Of a DNA stretch of 64,000 nt, positions 37,620-61,983 are shown in pieces. The number at the start of each line of letters is the position of its first letter. Position 1 is the first letter of the stretch. Both the position numbers and the translations under genes were made by a program. A model generated the notes under the pieces. It saw only the letters and a program-made list of their open reading frames with translations, was not told the DNA's origin and did no database searches. The DNA lies in contig NIVC01000152.1 of assembly GCA_002269645.1 (NCBI GenBank), positions 248,001 through 312,000 on the forward strand, in the 5' to 3' direction. The stretch is from Macrostomum lignano (taxonomy: Eukaryota).

Positions 37620-37730
37620 TGTGTGCACTGTGTCTATTGTACTCTGCGGTGATGCACTGCTCACCTGTGTGTGTGCACTGTGTCTATTGTACTCTGCGGT
37701 GATGCACTGCTCACCTGTGTGTGTGCACTG
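37244..37730. repeat. ~46-bp minisatellite (GATGCACTGCTCACCTGTGTGTGTGCACTGTGTCTATTGTACTCTGC) with an internal (TG)n expansion
   Basis: About 9 units immediately 3' of the CREBL2-like stop. Confidence 0.95.
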
Positions 37731-37821
37731 ATTTAGTTCTACTGTACAGCTCTGCATAGATGCATCCAGATAGAGAGAAATACTACATGTAAAAACCAAG
37801 GCAAACTTGGGTTAAAATGAG

Positions 37822-40800
37822 TCAGTGGTGCTGCTGACTCGAACTGTTTACGTAGTGCAGAGCGTCCGAAACACGGCCGAACTCTGGCAGGGGCTCCGTC
37901 ATGACTGACATCGCTTCCACTTCAACAAGCTGGTGCTGCTGCTGATGCTGCTGCCAAGACGCCGCCGCGGCCGCTTGGTGCCTGGCGAATGTGGTGTACA
38001 GATCCGCCGACACTGGAAAATCCGACAAGTCGTTTGCCGCCATCGCCAACGAGCCGCCGTCTACAATGTCGGCGGCGGCGCCGATTCCGCTGGCCCCATC
38101 GTAGTAGCCAGCGTAGCCGCCATAGTAGTCCGTGACGCCATCGGCAGCCGGGTACGGGTGCGGGTAGGACGGGTACGGGTAGGTCGGGAACGACTCCTGC
38201 GGCCAATGGCTCTGTTGCGGCTGTACGTAGCTCTGCGGCTGCTGATATTGCTGCTGCTGCTGCAGCTGCTGCTGGCCGCTGTAGAAATGCAAGAACTGCT
38301 GTTGCTGCTGCTGCTGTTGTTGCTGCGACTGCTGCTGTTGCTGACTGTGGAACTGCACCAACTGTTGATGGCTCTGATGCTGCTGTTGCTGCTGCTGCAG
38401 TCTCAGCTGCTGGCTGGCGGCATAGTACCCGCTGTCGCCGCCGCCGCTGTCAGCGATACCGCCATGCCGCCACGCTTCGTCGTCTGTTTTTAGGACGGCA
38501 GCGACTGCCGCTGCTGCAGCCGCCGCGGCGGCCGCCGATGCTGCCGCCGTCGCTGCCGAGGTCGACGTCGATAACGAAGCAGAAGCACCGCCGCCGACGC
38601 CACCGCGGCAGGATTTGCTGACAGTTCGCTGCTGCAGCCGCGCCGTTGTCCGCCCGGCTCCGGCGGCCGCGCAGTCGGTCCGAGTGGACGGCGCTGACGC
38701 CGGCAGAAGCGGCTCTAAATTTCCCGTTGATGCCAGCTTTGAGCTCGGCGGCTGCTGGCGAAGCTTTGGCAGCTCGAGGCGAGCTTCCTCCAGGGTGATC
38801 TCCTTCTGGTCGAGGCGCTTGAAGAGGGCTTTTAGCTGCGCGGAGGTGCAAGCACGAGTAGCTTGGTTAGAGAGCGGATGCTTACTGGTTAGATAGCGGA
38901 TGTTTACTGGTTAGAGAGCGGATGCTTACTGGTTAGAGAGCGGATGTTTACTGGTTAGAGAGCGGATGTTTACTGGTTAGAGAGCGGATGCTTAATGGTT
39001 AGAGAGCGGATGCTTACTGGTTAGATAGCGAATGCTTAATGGTTAGAGAGCGGATGCTTAATGGTTAGAGAGCGGATGCTTACTGGTTAGATAGCGGATG
39101 CTTACTGGTTAGAGAGCGGATGCTTACTGGTTAGATAGCGGATGCTTAATGGTTAGAGAGCGGATGCTTACTGGTTAGAGAGCGGATGCTTAATGGTTAG
39201 AGAGCGGATGCTTACTGGTTAGAGAGCGGATGCTTACTGGTTAGAGAGCGGATGTTAAATGGTTAGAGAGCGGATGTTTACTGGTTAGAGAGCGGATGCT
39301 TAATGATTAGAGAGCGGATGTTTACTGGTTAGAGAGCGGATGTTTACTGGTTAGAGAGCGGATGTTAAATGGTTAGAGAGCGGATGTTTACTAATTAGAG
39401 AGCGGATGCTTACTGTTTAGAGAGCGGATGTTTACTAATTAGAGAGCGGATGCTTACTGGTTAGAGAGCGGATGTTTACTGGTTAGAGAGCGGATGCTTA
39501 CTGGTTAGATAGCGGATGCTTAATGGTTAGATAGCGGATGCTTAATGGTTAGAGAGCGGATGCTTAATGGTTAGATAGCGGATGCTTAATGGTTAGAGAG
39601 CGGATGCTTAATGGTTAGAGAGCGGATACTTAATGGTTAGAGAGTGGATGCTTACTGGTTAGAGAGCGGATTTTAAATGGTTAGAGAGCGGATGCTTAAT
39701 GGTTAGAGAGTGGATGCTTACTGGTTAGAGAGCGGATTTTAAATGGTTAGAGAGCGGATGGTCAGAGGTTAGAGAGTGGATGTTTAATGGTTAGAGAGCG
39801 GATGTTAAATGGTTAGAGAGCGGATGGTCAGAGGTTAGAGAGTGGATGTTTAATGGTTAGAGAGCGGATGTTAAATGGTTAGAGAGCGGATGGTCAGAGG
39901 TTAGAGAGTGGATGTTTAATGGTTAGAGAGCGGATGTTAAATGGTTAGAGAGCGGATGGTCAGAGGTTTGAGAGTGGATGTTTAATGGTTAGAGAGCGGA
40001 TTTTAAATGGTTAGAGAGCGGATGGTCAGAGGTTAGAGAGTGGATGTTTAATGGTTAGAGAGCGGATGTTAAATGGTTAGAGAGCGGATGGTCAGAGGTT
40101 AGAGAGTGGATGTTTAATGGTTAGAGAGTGGATGTTTAATGGTTAGAGAGCGGATGTTAAATGGTTAGAGAGCGGATGGTCAGAGGTTAGAGAGCGGATG
40201 TTAAATGGTTAGAGAGCGGATGGTCAGAGGTTAGAGAGCGGATGTTTACTGGTTGTAGAGTGAAAAATGGACCACGAAAATGAAAAAGTATTGAACAGGA
40301 ACTATCAGTCTGTTGAGCTTAAAATTATTCATGAGAGAGAATTTGAGAATTAGCAAAATATTTATTACACATATCAGACTTGCACAGCCCGGGAACGCAA
40401 TCTGCGCATTTTCAAATTCGCGATAACCTGCTAAAAGACAAACAGCCAACTCTGTGAAGGAGGCCCAGGCAATGTCCCTAGCCAGCCGTGAGTCACAGTG
40501 AAAGATTAGTGTAATTCTCTTGGGCATTATACAACAATTTTAGGTAATATGCGCCATTTTGTTGAGGATCGAAGAGAGAGAGTGGAAGGACTTGCGAGGC
40601 GAGTGCTTCTTAACAGCCTCTCTGGAATGGTCCCGAATCCAGTTTCAAAGGTGCTTGTTTGCGGCATCTACTTAACCTGGTGTAGAATCCAACTTCGCGT
40701 GTTAACGTGAACTAGCAGGTCCCTCTGGAAGGTGCCTGGACTGTTCCCGATGCTGCAGGCTTCCTATGGACATCTAAATAATCTTTAACATTTTAGATCT

Positions 40801-42563
40801 AATCTTTGGAGTCTAGTAGATCTAATCCCCGAGATTTTATAGATCCATTTCTCTGGAGTTTGTAGATCTAATCCCTGAGATTTTGTAGATCTAGACGTAC
40901 TGTAGACCTTCGGCAGCTTGCAGATCTAATTCTCTGGATTTTTTAGATCTAATCCTAGGTATCTTATAGATCTAATCCTCGGTATCTTGTAGATCTAATC
41001 CTAGGTATCTTATAGATCTAATCCTCGGTATCTTGTAGATCTAATTCTCGGTATCTTTTAGATCTAATCCTCGGTATCTTGTAGATCTAATCCTCGGTAT
41101 CTTGTAGATCTAATCCTCGGTATCTTGTAGATCTAATCCTCGGTATCTTATAGATCTAATTCTCGGTATCTTTTAGATCTAATCCTCGGTATCTTGTAGA
41201 TCTAATCCTCGGTATCTTGTAGATCTAATCCTCGGTATCTTGTAGATCTAATTGTCGGTATCTTGTAGATCTAATTCTCGGTATCTTTTAGATTTAATCC
41301 TCGGTATCTTATAGATCTAATCCTCGGTATCTTGTAGATCTAATCCTCGGTATCTTGTAGATCTAATTCTCGGTATCTTTTAGATCTAATCCTCGGTATC
41401 TTGTAGATCTAATCCTCGGTATCTTTTAGATCTAATCCTCGGTATCTTTTAGATCTAATCCTCGGTATCTTTTAGATCTAATCCTTGGTATCTTATAGAT
41501 CTAATCCTCGGTATGTTTTAGATCTAATCCTTGGTATCTTATAGATCTAATCCTTGGTATCTTTTAGATCTAATCCTCGGTATCTTGTAGATCTAATCCT
41601 CGGTATCTTTTAGATCTAATCCTTGGTATCTTATAGATCTAATCCTCGGTATCTTTTAGATCTAATCCTCGGTATCTTTTAGATCTAATCCTCGGTATCT
41701 TGTAGATCTAATCCTTGGTATCTTATAGATCTAATCCTCGGTATCTTGTAGATCTAATCCTCGGTATCTTGTAGATCTAATCCTCGGTATCTTGTAGATC
41801 TAATCCTCGGTATCTTATAGATCTAATTCTCGGTATCTTTTAGATCTAATCCTCGGTATCTTGTAGATCTAATCCTCGGTATCTTGTAGATCTAATCCTC
41901 GGTATCTTGTAGATCTAATTGTCGGTATCTTGTAGATCTAATTCTCGGTATCTTTTAGATTTAATCCTCGGTATCTTATAGATCTAATCCTCGGTATCTT
42001 GTAGATCTAATCCTCGGTATCTTGTAGATCTAATTCTCGGTATCTTTTAGATCTAATCCTCGGTATCTTGTAGATCTAATCCTCGGTATCTTTTAGATCT
42101 AATCCTCGGTATCTTTTAGATCTAATCCTCGGTATCTTTTAGATCTAATCCTCGGTATCTTATAGATCTAATCCTCGGTATCTTTTAGATCTAATCCTTG
42201 GTATCTTATAGATCTAATCCTCGGTATCTTTTAGATCTAATCCTTGGTATCTTATAGATCTAATCCTCGGTATCTTTTAGATCTAATCCTCGTATCTTGT
42301 AGATCTAATCCTCGTATCTTTTAGATCTAATCTTACACACAGCAGCTCACCCTGTCCAGCTGCAGGTAGAGCACCTCGATGGCCCTCTCCTCCCGTCGAG
42401 CGGTTCTCTCCAGCGTCTGGTAGCGCAGCTTTTTTCTTTTGCGGCACTCCCTGGCCGATTGCTTGCTCTTCTCCTGCACCGCCGACTGCTCGCTGCCGCT
42501 GCTGCTGCTGTCCCGACTTCTGGCTCGCTCTACCGACTGCAGACGTCCTGTTGAAGACGCCAT
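37822..42563 (-). CDS. CREBL2: CREBL2/REPTOR-BP-like bZIP transcription factor, ~408 aa, 2 coding exons
   Basis: Exon 42563-42351 (KSKQSARECRKRKKLRYQTLE..RERAI-like motif as in CREBL2), donor AGG|GTGAGC; exon 38835-37822 (acceptor GCGCAG|LKALFKRLDQKEI), open in phase 0 into ORF 37822..38361. Confidence 0.82.
38864..40253. repeat. 22-bp minisatellite (GGTTAGAGAGCGGATGCTTACT) in the CREBL2-like intron
   Basis: About 63 units, ending ~25 nt from the acceptor. Confidence 0.98.
40800..42332. repeat. 23-bp minisatellite (ATCTTGTAGATCTAATCCTCGGT) in the CREBL2-like intron
   Basis: About 60 units plus a degenerate left flank; begins ~20 nt after the donor. Confidence 0.98.
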
Positions 42564-43039
42564 CGCTCTGTCGAGCTCACCGGATGCCTCGCGGTGTGTC
42601 TCTCAGTTTCTGAAATTCTATATTTATCGTTTCATTTCTGTCAATTCGTGTGGCGCAACTGAGAGCGGACAGACTACGGTGCTGCGGGAGTGCTGAATTC
42701 TCTGAATTGAGGCTCGAATAATAGGAAGAGAGGGAGTGGGGGAGGTAAAGGTTGCGTGGGTCCTGCCTCGGGGTGGCGTCGGCGGCGGCTTCGGCCCGAA
42801 GCAAAGGACTCTCTCTCTTCTTTTTTTCATTTTTACTTCGCAGTTTGGACCCTCAAGCATTGGGACAAGTGCGCAATGGAATCCAGCACGAGCCCCGTGC
42901 TTGCACACTTTATTATTGCTTAGCTATCCATTTTTCGAGCTTAACTTTTAACCGCTGGATGATTCTTTTTGCGGTTCCGCCGGGTCGATGAATTAACTGT
43001 TTCTATTAGTTAGAGTTCACAGGGAAACGGAGTTAAGGG

Positions 43040-46000
43040 AGCAGACAATGGTAGATGATGATGGTAGATGATGGTAGATGGTGATTGTAGCTATGGTTTG
43101 AGATGCAGGAAATGGTAGACTGTGTCTCTCGATTCGTAGTCAGACAATGGTAGATTGTGTCTATGGATTTTGTTTTGAGTCAAACAATGGTAGATTGTGT
43201 CTATGGTTTTGGAGTCAGACAATGGTAGATTGTGTGTATAGTCTTGGAGGCAGGAAATGATAGATTGTGTCTATGGATTCGTAGTCAAACAATGATAGAT
43301 TGTGTCTATGGATTCGTAGTCAGACAATGGTAGATTGTGTCTATGGATTCGTAGTCAGACAATGGTAGACTGTGTCTATGGTTTTGGAGGCAGACAATGG
43401 TAGATTGTGTCTATGGTTTTGGAGGCAGACAATGGTAGATTGTGTCTATGGTTTTGGAGTCAAACAATGGTAGACTGTGTCTATGGTTTTGGAGTCAAAC
43501 AATGGTAGATTGTGTCTATGGTTTTGGAGGCAGACAATGGTAGACTGTGTCTATGGTTTTGGAGTCAAACAATGGTAGATTGTGTCTATGGTTTGGAGTC
43601 AGACAATGGTAGATTGTGTCTATGGTTTGGAGTCAAACAATGGTAGTTTGTGTCTATGGTTTTGGAGTCAGACAATGGTAGATTGTGTCTATGGTTTTGG
43701 AGTCAAACAATGGTAGATTGTGTCTATGGTTTTGGAGGCAGACAATGGTAGATTGTGTCTACTATGGTTTGGAGTCAAACAATGGTAGATCGTGTCTATG
43801 GTTTTGGAGGCAGACAATGGTAGATTGTGTCTACTATGGTTTGGAGTCAAACAATGGTAGATCGTGTCTATGGTTTTGGAGGTAGACAATGGTAGATTGT
43901 GTCTATGGTTTTGGAGTCAAACAATGGTAGATTGTGTCTATGGTTTTGGAGTCAGACAATGGTAGATTGTGTCTATGGTTTGGAGTCAAACAATGGTAGA
44001 TTGTGTCTTTGGTTTTGGAGTCAGACAATGGTAGACTGTGTCTATGGTTTGGAGTCAAACAATGGTAGATCGTGTCTATGGTTTTGGAGTCAGACAATGG
44101 TAGATTGTGTCTATGGTTTGGAGTCAAACAATGGTAGATTGTGTCTATGGTTTTTGTTTTGAGTCAAACAATGGTAGATTGTGTCTATGGTTTTGGAGTC
44201 AGACAATGGTAGATTGTGTCTATGGTTTTGGAGTCAGACAATGGTAGATTGTGTCTATGGTTTTGGAGTCAGACAATGGTAGATTGTGTCTATGGTTTTG
44301 GAGTCAAACAATGGTAGATTGTGTCTATGGTTTGGAGTCAGACAATCGTAGATTGTGTCTATGGTTTGGAGTCAAACAATGGTAGATTGTGTCTATGGTT
44401 TGGAGTCAGACAATGGTAGACTGTGTCTATGGTTTGGAGTCAAACAATGGTAGATTGTGTCTATGGTTTTTGTTTTGAGTCAAACAATGGTAGATTGTGT
44501 CTATGGTTTTGGAGTCAAACAATGGTAGATTGTGTCTATGGTTTTGGAGTCAGACAATGGTAGATTGTGTCTATGGTTTAGAGTCAGCCAATAGTAGTTT
44601 GTGTGTATGGTTTTGGAGGCAGGAAATGGTAGATTGTGTCTTTGGATTCGTAGTCAGACAATGGTAGATTGTGTCTATGGTTTGGAGTCAAACAATGGTA
44701 GATTGTGTCTATGGTTTGGAGTCAAACAATGGTAGATTGTGTCTATGGTTTTTGTTTTGAGTCAAACAATGGTAGATTGTGTCTATGGTTTGGAGTCAGA
44801 CAATGGTAGATTGTGTCTATGGTTTTGGAGGCAGACAATGGTAGATTGTGTCTATGGTTTTGGAGTCAGACAATGGTAGATTGTGTCTATGGTTTTGGAG
44901 GCAGACAATGGTAGATTGTGTCTATGGCTTTAGAGTCAAACAATGGTAGATTGTGTCTATGGTTTGGAGTCAAACAATGGTAGATTGTGTCTATGGTTTA
45001 GAGTCAGCCAATAGTAGTTTGTGTGTATGGTTTTGGAGTCAAACAATGGTAGATTGTGTCTATGGTTTTGGAGGCAGGAAATGGTAGATTGTGTCTATGG
45101 TTTTGGAGTCAAACAATGGTAGATTGTGTCTATGGTTTTGGAGGCAGACAATGGTAGACTGTGTCTATGGTTTGGAGTCAAACAATGGTAGATTGTGTCT
45201 ATGGTTTGGAGTCAGACAATGATAGATTGTGTCTATGGTTTTGGAGTCAAACAATGGTAGATTGTGTCTATGGCTTTGGAGACAGACAATGGTAGATTGT
45301 GTCTATGGCTTTGGAGTCAAACAATGGTAGATTGTGTCTATGGTTTTGGAGGCAGGAAATGGTAGATTGTGTCTATGGTTTTGGAGGCAGACAATGGTAG
45401 ACTGTGTCTATGGTTTGGAGTCAAACAATGGTAGATTGTGTCTATGGTTTGGAGTTAGACAATGGTAGATTGTGTCTATGGTTTGGAGTCAAACAATGGT
45501 AGATTGTGTCTATGGTTTGGAGTCAGACAATGGTAGATTGTGTCTATGGTTTGGAGTCAAACAATGGTAGATTGTGTCTATGGTTTGGAGTCAGACAATG
45601 GTAGATTGTGTCTATGGTTTAGAGTCAGCCAATAGTAGTTTGTGTGTATGGTTTTGGAGGCAGGAAATGGTAGATTGTGTCTTTGGATTTGGAGTCAGAC
45701 AATGGTAGATTGTGTCTATGGTTTTTGTTTTGAGTCAAACAATGGTAGATTGTGTCTATGGTTTTTGTTTTGAGTCAAACAATGGTAGATTGTGTCTATG
45801 GTTTTGGAGTCAGACAATGGTAGATTGTGTCTATGGTTTTGGAGTCAGACAATGGTAGATTGTGTCTATGGTTTTGGAGTCAGACAATGGTAGATTGTGT
45901 CTATGGTTTTGGAGACAGACAATGGTAGATTGTGTCTATGGTTTGGAGTCAAACAATGGTAGATCGTGTCTATGGTTTTGGAGTCAAACAATGGTAGATT

Positions 46001-46985
46001 GTGTCTATGGTTTTGGAGTCAAACAATGGTAGATTGTGTCTATGGTTTTGGAGGTAGACAATGGTAGATTGTGTCTATGGTTTTAGAGGTAGACAATGGT
46101 AGATTGTGTCTATGGTTTTGGAGTCAAACAATGGTAGATTGTGTCTATGGATTCGTAGTCAGACAATGGTAGATTGTGTCTATGGATTCGTAGTCAGACA
46201 ATGGTAGATTGTGTCTATGGATTCGTAGTCAGACAATGATAGATTGTGTCTATGGATTCGTAGTAAGACAATGGTAGATTGTGTCTATGGATTCGTAGTC
46301 AGACAATGGTAGATTGTGTCTATGGATTCGTAGTCAGACAATGGTAGATTGTGTCTATGGATTCGTAGTCAGACAATGATAGATTGTGTCTATGGATTCG
46401 TAGTCAGACAATGATAGATTGTGTGTATGGATTCGTAGTCAGACAATGATAGATTGTGTCTATGGATTCGTAGTCAGACAATGGTAGATTGTGTCTTTGG
46501 ATTCGTAGTCAGACAATGGTAGATTGTGTCTATGGATTCGTAGTCAGACAATGATAGATTGTGTCTATGGATTCGTAGTCAGACAATGATAGATTGTGTC
46601 TATGGATTCGTAGTCAGACAATGGTAGATTGTGTCTATGGATTCGTAGTCAGACAATGATAGATTGTGTCTATGGATTCGTAGTCAGACAATGATAGATT
46701 GTGTCTATGGATTCGTAGTCAGACAATGGTAGATTGTGTCTATGGATTCGTAGTCAGACAATGATAGATTGTGTCTATGGATTCGTAGTCAGACAATGGT
46801 AGATTGTGTCTATGGATTCGTAGTCAGACAATGATAGATTGTGTCTATGGATTCGTAGTCAGACAATGGTAGATTGTGTCTATGGATTCGTAGTCAGACA
46901 ATGATAGATTGTGTCTATGGATTCGTAGTCAGACAATGATAGATTGTGTCTATGGTTTTGGTTTTGAGTCAGATAATGATTGATT
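43040..46985. repeat. 34-36-bp minisatellite (AGACAATGGTAGATTGTGTCTATGGTTTTGGAGTC), ~4 kb
   Basis: About 110 units; the right part is homogenised to the GATTCGTAGTC variant. Confidence 0.99.
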
Positions 46986-47439
46986 TTTGTCTATGGTTTT
47001 GGCGTACAGCGTTGGACAATGGGTCCATTGAGAGAGGCAGACCCAAGTATTGATAGTGAATAACTAAAAAAAATGCACTTACCGATTTTTAATCCTTTAT
47101 AAAGTATATTTATTTATTAGTCTGTCCGTAACTCAGGTGCGTTCTGGAGCAGCAATTTCTGAATCATAGATGGAGCCTTGTCTATTTGGGACCCTCGCCA
47201 TTGCTTCAATTTCGGGTTTCTTCATCGAGAAGAAGCAGAAATTTTCTTTAAAAATCCGAAAATTAGCAGCCAATCGGGTTGGAGTTCGAGGGAGGCGGGT
47301 TGCGCTTTTAATTCGTTCGAATCGGCTCCTTGGAAAGCTGCAATGTAATGCAGCAGAATAAAATCCACTTAGAAACAAAATTTTGCACCTAATAAATGGC
47401 TGAGATGATAGACAGAAGTGCCAGTTTGTGTCCACCAGC

Positions 47440-48530
47440 TGGGCAGTGGTGTCTGCTGCTAGACAGGTGTGTCTGCTGCTACAAAGATGTGTCTGCTGCT
47501 ACAAAGGTGTGTCTGCTGCTACAAAGGTGTGTCTGCTGCTATGTGCCTGCTGCTAGACAGGTGTGTCTGCTGCTAGACAGGTGTGTCTGCTGCTAGACAG
47601 GTGTGTGTCTGCTGTTACAAAGGTGTGTCTGCTGCTAGACAGATGTGTCTGCTGCTAGACAAGTGTGTCTGCTGCTAGACAGGTGTGTCTGCTGCTAGAC
47701 AGGTGTGTCTGCTGCTAAACAGGTGTCTGCTGCTAGACAGGTGTGTCTGCTGCTAGACAGGTGTGTGTCTGCTGCTAGACAGGTGTGTCTGCTGCTAGAC
47801 AGGTGTGTCTGCTGCTAGACAGGTGTGTGTCTGCTGTTACAAAGGTGTGTCTGCTGCTAGACAGATGTGTCTGCTGCTAGACAAGTGTGTCTGCTGCTAG
47901 ACAGGTGTGTGTCTGCTGTTACAAAGGTGTGTCTGCTGCTAGACAGGTGTGTGTCTGCTGCTAGACAGGTGTGTCTGCTGCTAGACAGGTGTGTCTGCTG
48001 CTAGACAGGTGTGTGTCTGCTGCTAGACAGATGTGTCTGCTGCTAGACAAGTGTGTCTGCTGCTAGACAGGTGTGTCTGCTGCTAAACAGGTGTGTCTGC
48101 TGCTAAACAAGTGTGTCTGCTGCTAGACAGGTGTGTGTCTGCTGCTAGACAAGTGTGTCTGCTGCTAAACAGGTGTGTCTGCTGCTAGACAGGTGTGTCT
48201 GCTGCTAGACAGATGTGTCTGCTGCTAGACAAGTGTGTCTGCTGCTAGACAGATGTGTCTGCTGCTAGACAGGTGTGTCTGCTGCTAGACAGGTGTGTCT
48301 GCTGCTAGACAGGTGTGTGTCTGCTGCTAGACAGGTGTGTGTCTGCTGCTAGACAAGTGTGTCTGCTGCTAAACAGGTGTGTCTGCTGCTAGACAGGTGT
48401 GTCTGCTGCTAGACAAGTGTGTCTGCTGCTAAACAGGTGTGTCTGCTGCTAGACAGGTGTGTCTGCTGCTACAAAGGTGTGTCTGCTGCTAGACAGGTGT
48501 GTCTGCTGCTAGACAGGTGTGTCTGCTAGA
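47440..48530. repeat. 20/22-bp minisatellite (ACAGGTGTGTCTGCTGCTAG)
   Basis: About 50 units. Confidence 0.98.
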
Positions 48531-48999
48531 CGGCAGTTAAGTTTACCTGTTAGACAGAATTAAAGCTAACAGCTTAATAATCAAACTCGAAGGTTAAAGT
48601 AAATTTTTTCGAACAATTAACATAAATAATCCTTTAACTTAAAGCTGGCGTGCATCTGTACACAAAAGCTTAGGGTGTGCTTGAACTTGGTGCATCCTTC
48701 GGATTGTCCCCAATACGCGACAAGCTACTAGTAAAAATGAAATTGGCTCAGTTCTAGCTTTAACCGAACGGCGTGCCTCTCTCAGTGGATTTTGCATTTT
48801 CTTGCTTTTATATACTTACTTTACATGCAACCTCCGGTGCTGCATCGGGACCAGCCAAGGCAGAGTGACGCATAGGTGCTGTTCAAGTGCGCCACAAGTT
48901 CTTCTACCCCCATTATGCTCGCAGTTCCTTGGCTTCTCTTCTCTGATTCTGCTTCTTCTCTGCAGGTGCCCGTGACTCCAAGGTACAATTGGGTCAGGA

Positions 49000-49320
49000 G
49001 GGTCATTGACTATTGGGGTCATAGGGTCATTGACTATTGGGGTCATAGGGTCATTGACTATTGGGGTCAGAGGGTCATTGATGATTGGGGTCATAGGGTC
49101 ATTGACTATTGGGGTCAGAGGGTCATTGACTATTGGGGTCATAGGGTCATTGACTATTGCAGGGTCATAGGGTCATTGACTATTGGGGTCATAGGGTCAT
49201 AGACTATTGGGGTCATAGGGTCATAGACTATTGTGGGAATGGGTCGCTGACTATTGAGGTCATGGTTCACTATTGGGGTTGTGTGTAACTGGCTATTAGG
49301 GTCATTGGTCGCCGACTTTC
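49000..49320. repeat. 24-bp minisatellite (GGGGTCATAGGGTCATTGACTATT)
   Basis: About 9 clear units plus a degenerate tail. Confidence 0.93.
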
Positions 49321-50597
49321 ATGAGTCTTCGAGCAGATGCTAACAAAACCATGGTTGGAAGAATTAGGAAGTATGATTATCATAAATCTTTTTTAATTTT
49401 AATATTGTCAAGCATTTATTTCCTGCTTAATCTTGCCCATAGATATCTTCATGACAACCTGTGATCATATTGAGGTCTCCAAGGTGAGAAAATCTTTAAT
49501 GCAAAAAAATGATTAATAAATTAACGACATTATCAATAATATCAATAGTATAGGATTTCTAATCGAGGAAATAAAAGGCACATCTCTAAGTGAACAGGTA
49601 CGGTATATTGGCAATGCACAGGTTGAGATGAAAATAATAAAAAATCTACTATGTGCGGCGATGGGCAAGGTGGATCCACGATGAGGACTTCTGAGGCAGT
49701 GCGACATCGAGGTTTAAAAAATCAGAGCTCACAGTTAATAGTGCCCACAAAATTGCGGGATCCATTAGAATTAAAACTAAAGTTTCTGAGATAATTTTTA
49801 TGACTTATGCACTGCGCAGCGACCATAGAGGCTCCCCCGCATTAACAGAGACAATAATTTTCCAAAACTGTAAAGTATTAAAGAAAAGCTTTTAACAATC
49901 CTGGATTCCAACCAATTAGACAAGCATGATTGGCTAGACAAAATATGCAAATTGTTAGTAGAATAGTTGATTTAAAACGCTCAATTTAGTACTTCAATAG
50001 CTATACATACACACTTAAAAAAATCAATTACGTAGTTTAACAGTGTTCTGGGTTAGTTTTCTGCTAGTGGCTGTGTTTCGCTTAGACTAATATGGATTGA
50101 TGTCCTGGGGTTGCAAATTGGGAGAGAGGGCTGGGTAAGGTCAGTCACAGCCAATCAATGAATGCCACACAGAGCCGCGGGGGTGAGTCTGGGGAGGGGG
50201 CTAGGAAAATCGGGGTTTGGGTCAAGTCATAGTTAGAAGTCGTAAAACGGCTAGGTGAAGCGTGAGGAGTGAGGTGGGCTGTATAAGCAGGCCTGTCTTT
50301 GGAAAGACAAGGATTTGCCGCCTAATATGGTTGTACATGTAGATGCATTTAGCAATTTGGTAAGAAGTCGTAAAACGGACTGAGGAGTGAGGAGTGAGGT
50401 TGGGCTGTCCTTTGCCTGCGCCTGGCTTTGGAAAGATAAGAATCGGGTGTAGGGCTGCGTTAGTCATTAGTGAAAATCGTAAGACGGTTGGGAATGAGCA
50501 GCAGAGATGGTCTATCCTAGCTAGAGTTTTATTTAGCGTACATGTAACAAAATTCGACTGAGAGTTATGCTTTCCTTAATTTAACCTATTAGAGGTG

Positions 50598-61403
<10,806 letters not shown>

Positions 61404-61983
61404 TTTGTTGCAACCTTAAGCGATTTAACTAATTAATTATCTGATCTCACATTCATAAAATATTGCAAATCCTCCCTGTGTTAATTTTTGCCAGAATCGA
61501 CGAGTGGATCTTTCGGACGAAAAGCTTTCTTATATACAAGTGAAATTAAAAAAATAGAAAAATAATTAGTAAAACAAATATGAGAGCTATTTACTTTCAT
61601 TAAACACAGTCTAAAGCAATTTTTCATTTTTTCAGCTACCTTTTCAGGGTTTTTATTCTTACATTAGACTTAAGGACGAAAAACCAGTATGCACTAATAA
61701 TTTCAATCAAATAACATACTATAAAATGAAAATCTTTTAAAGCTTGCTAAGCTTAAAAAGCTCTTCGTATTATCATCATGATGGACAAACGACTTGAGTG
61801 AAGAAACCAGTCTCGTGCCCGTATTAGGCTATCCTAAGCATCGTATTGTTAGCTAATTAATTTCTCATGATACTGTGGTATACTGTGTGCGCAACGCTAC
61901 GGGCTGTAAACTTCGTTTGACTAATCTTTAGAGAAATTTTTGCATACAAAGCAATATTTTTCCATTGTCTTTGACTTTGTACC
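61404..61983. promoter_or_regulatory. Putative bidirectional promoter/5'UTR region between GLDC and TMEM115
   Basis: Head-to-head ATGs 580 bp apart; no specific motif identified. Confidence 0.45.

Noticed and set aside
38864-40253. GGTTAG-containing array as interstitial telomere
   Set aside because: The period is 22 bp with non-telomeric sequence; there are no contiguous TTAGGG runs.
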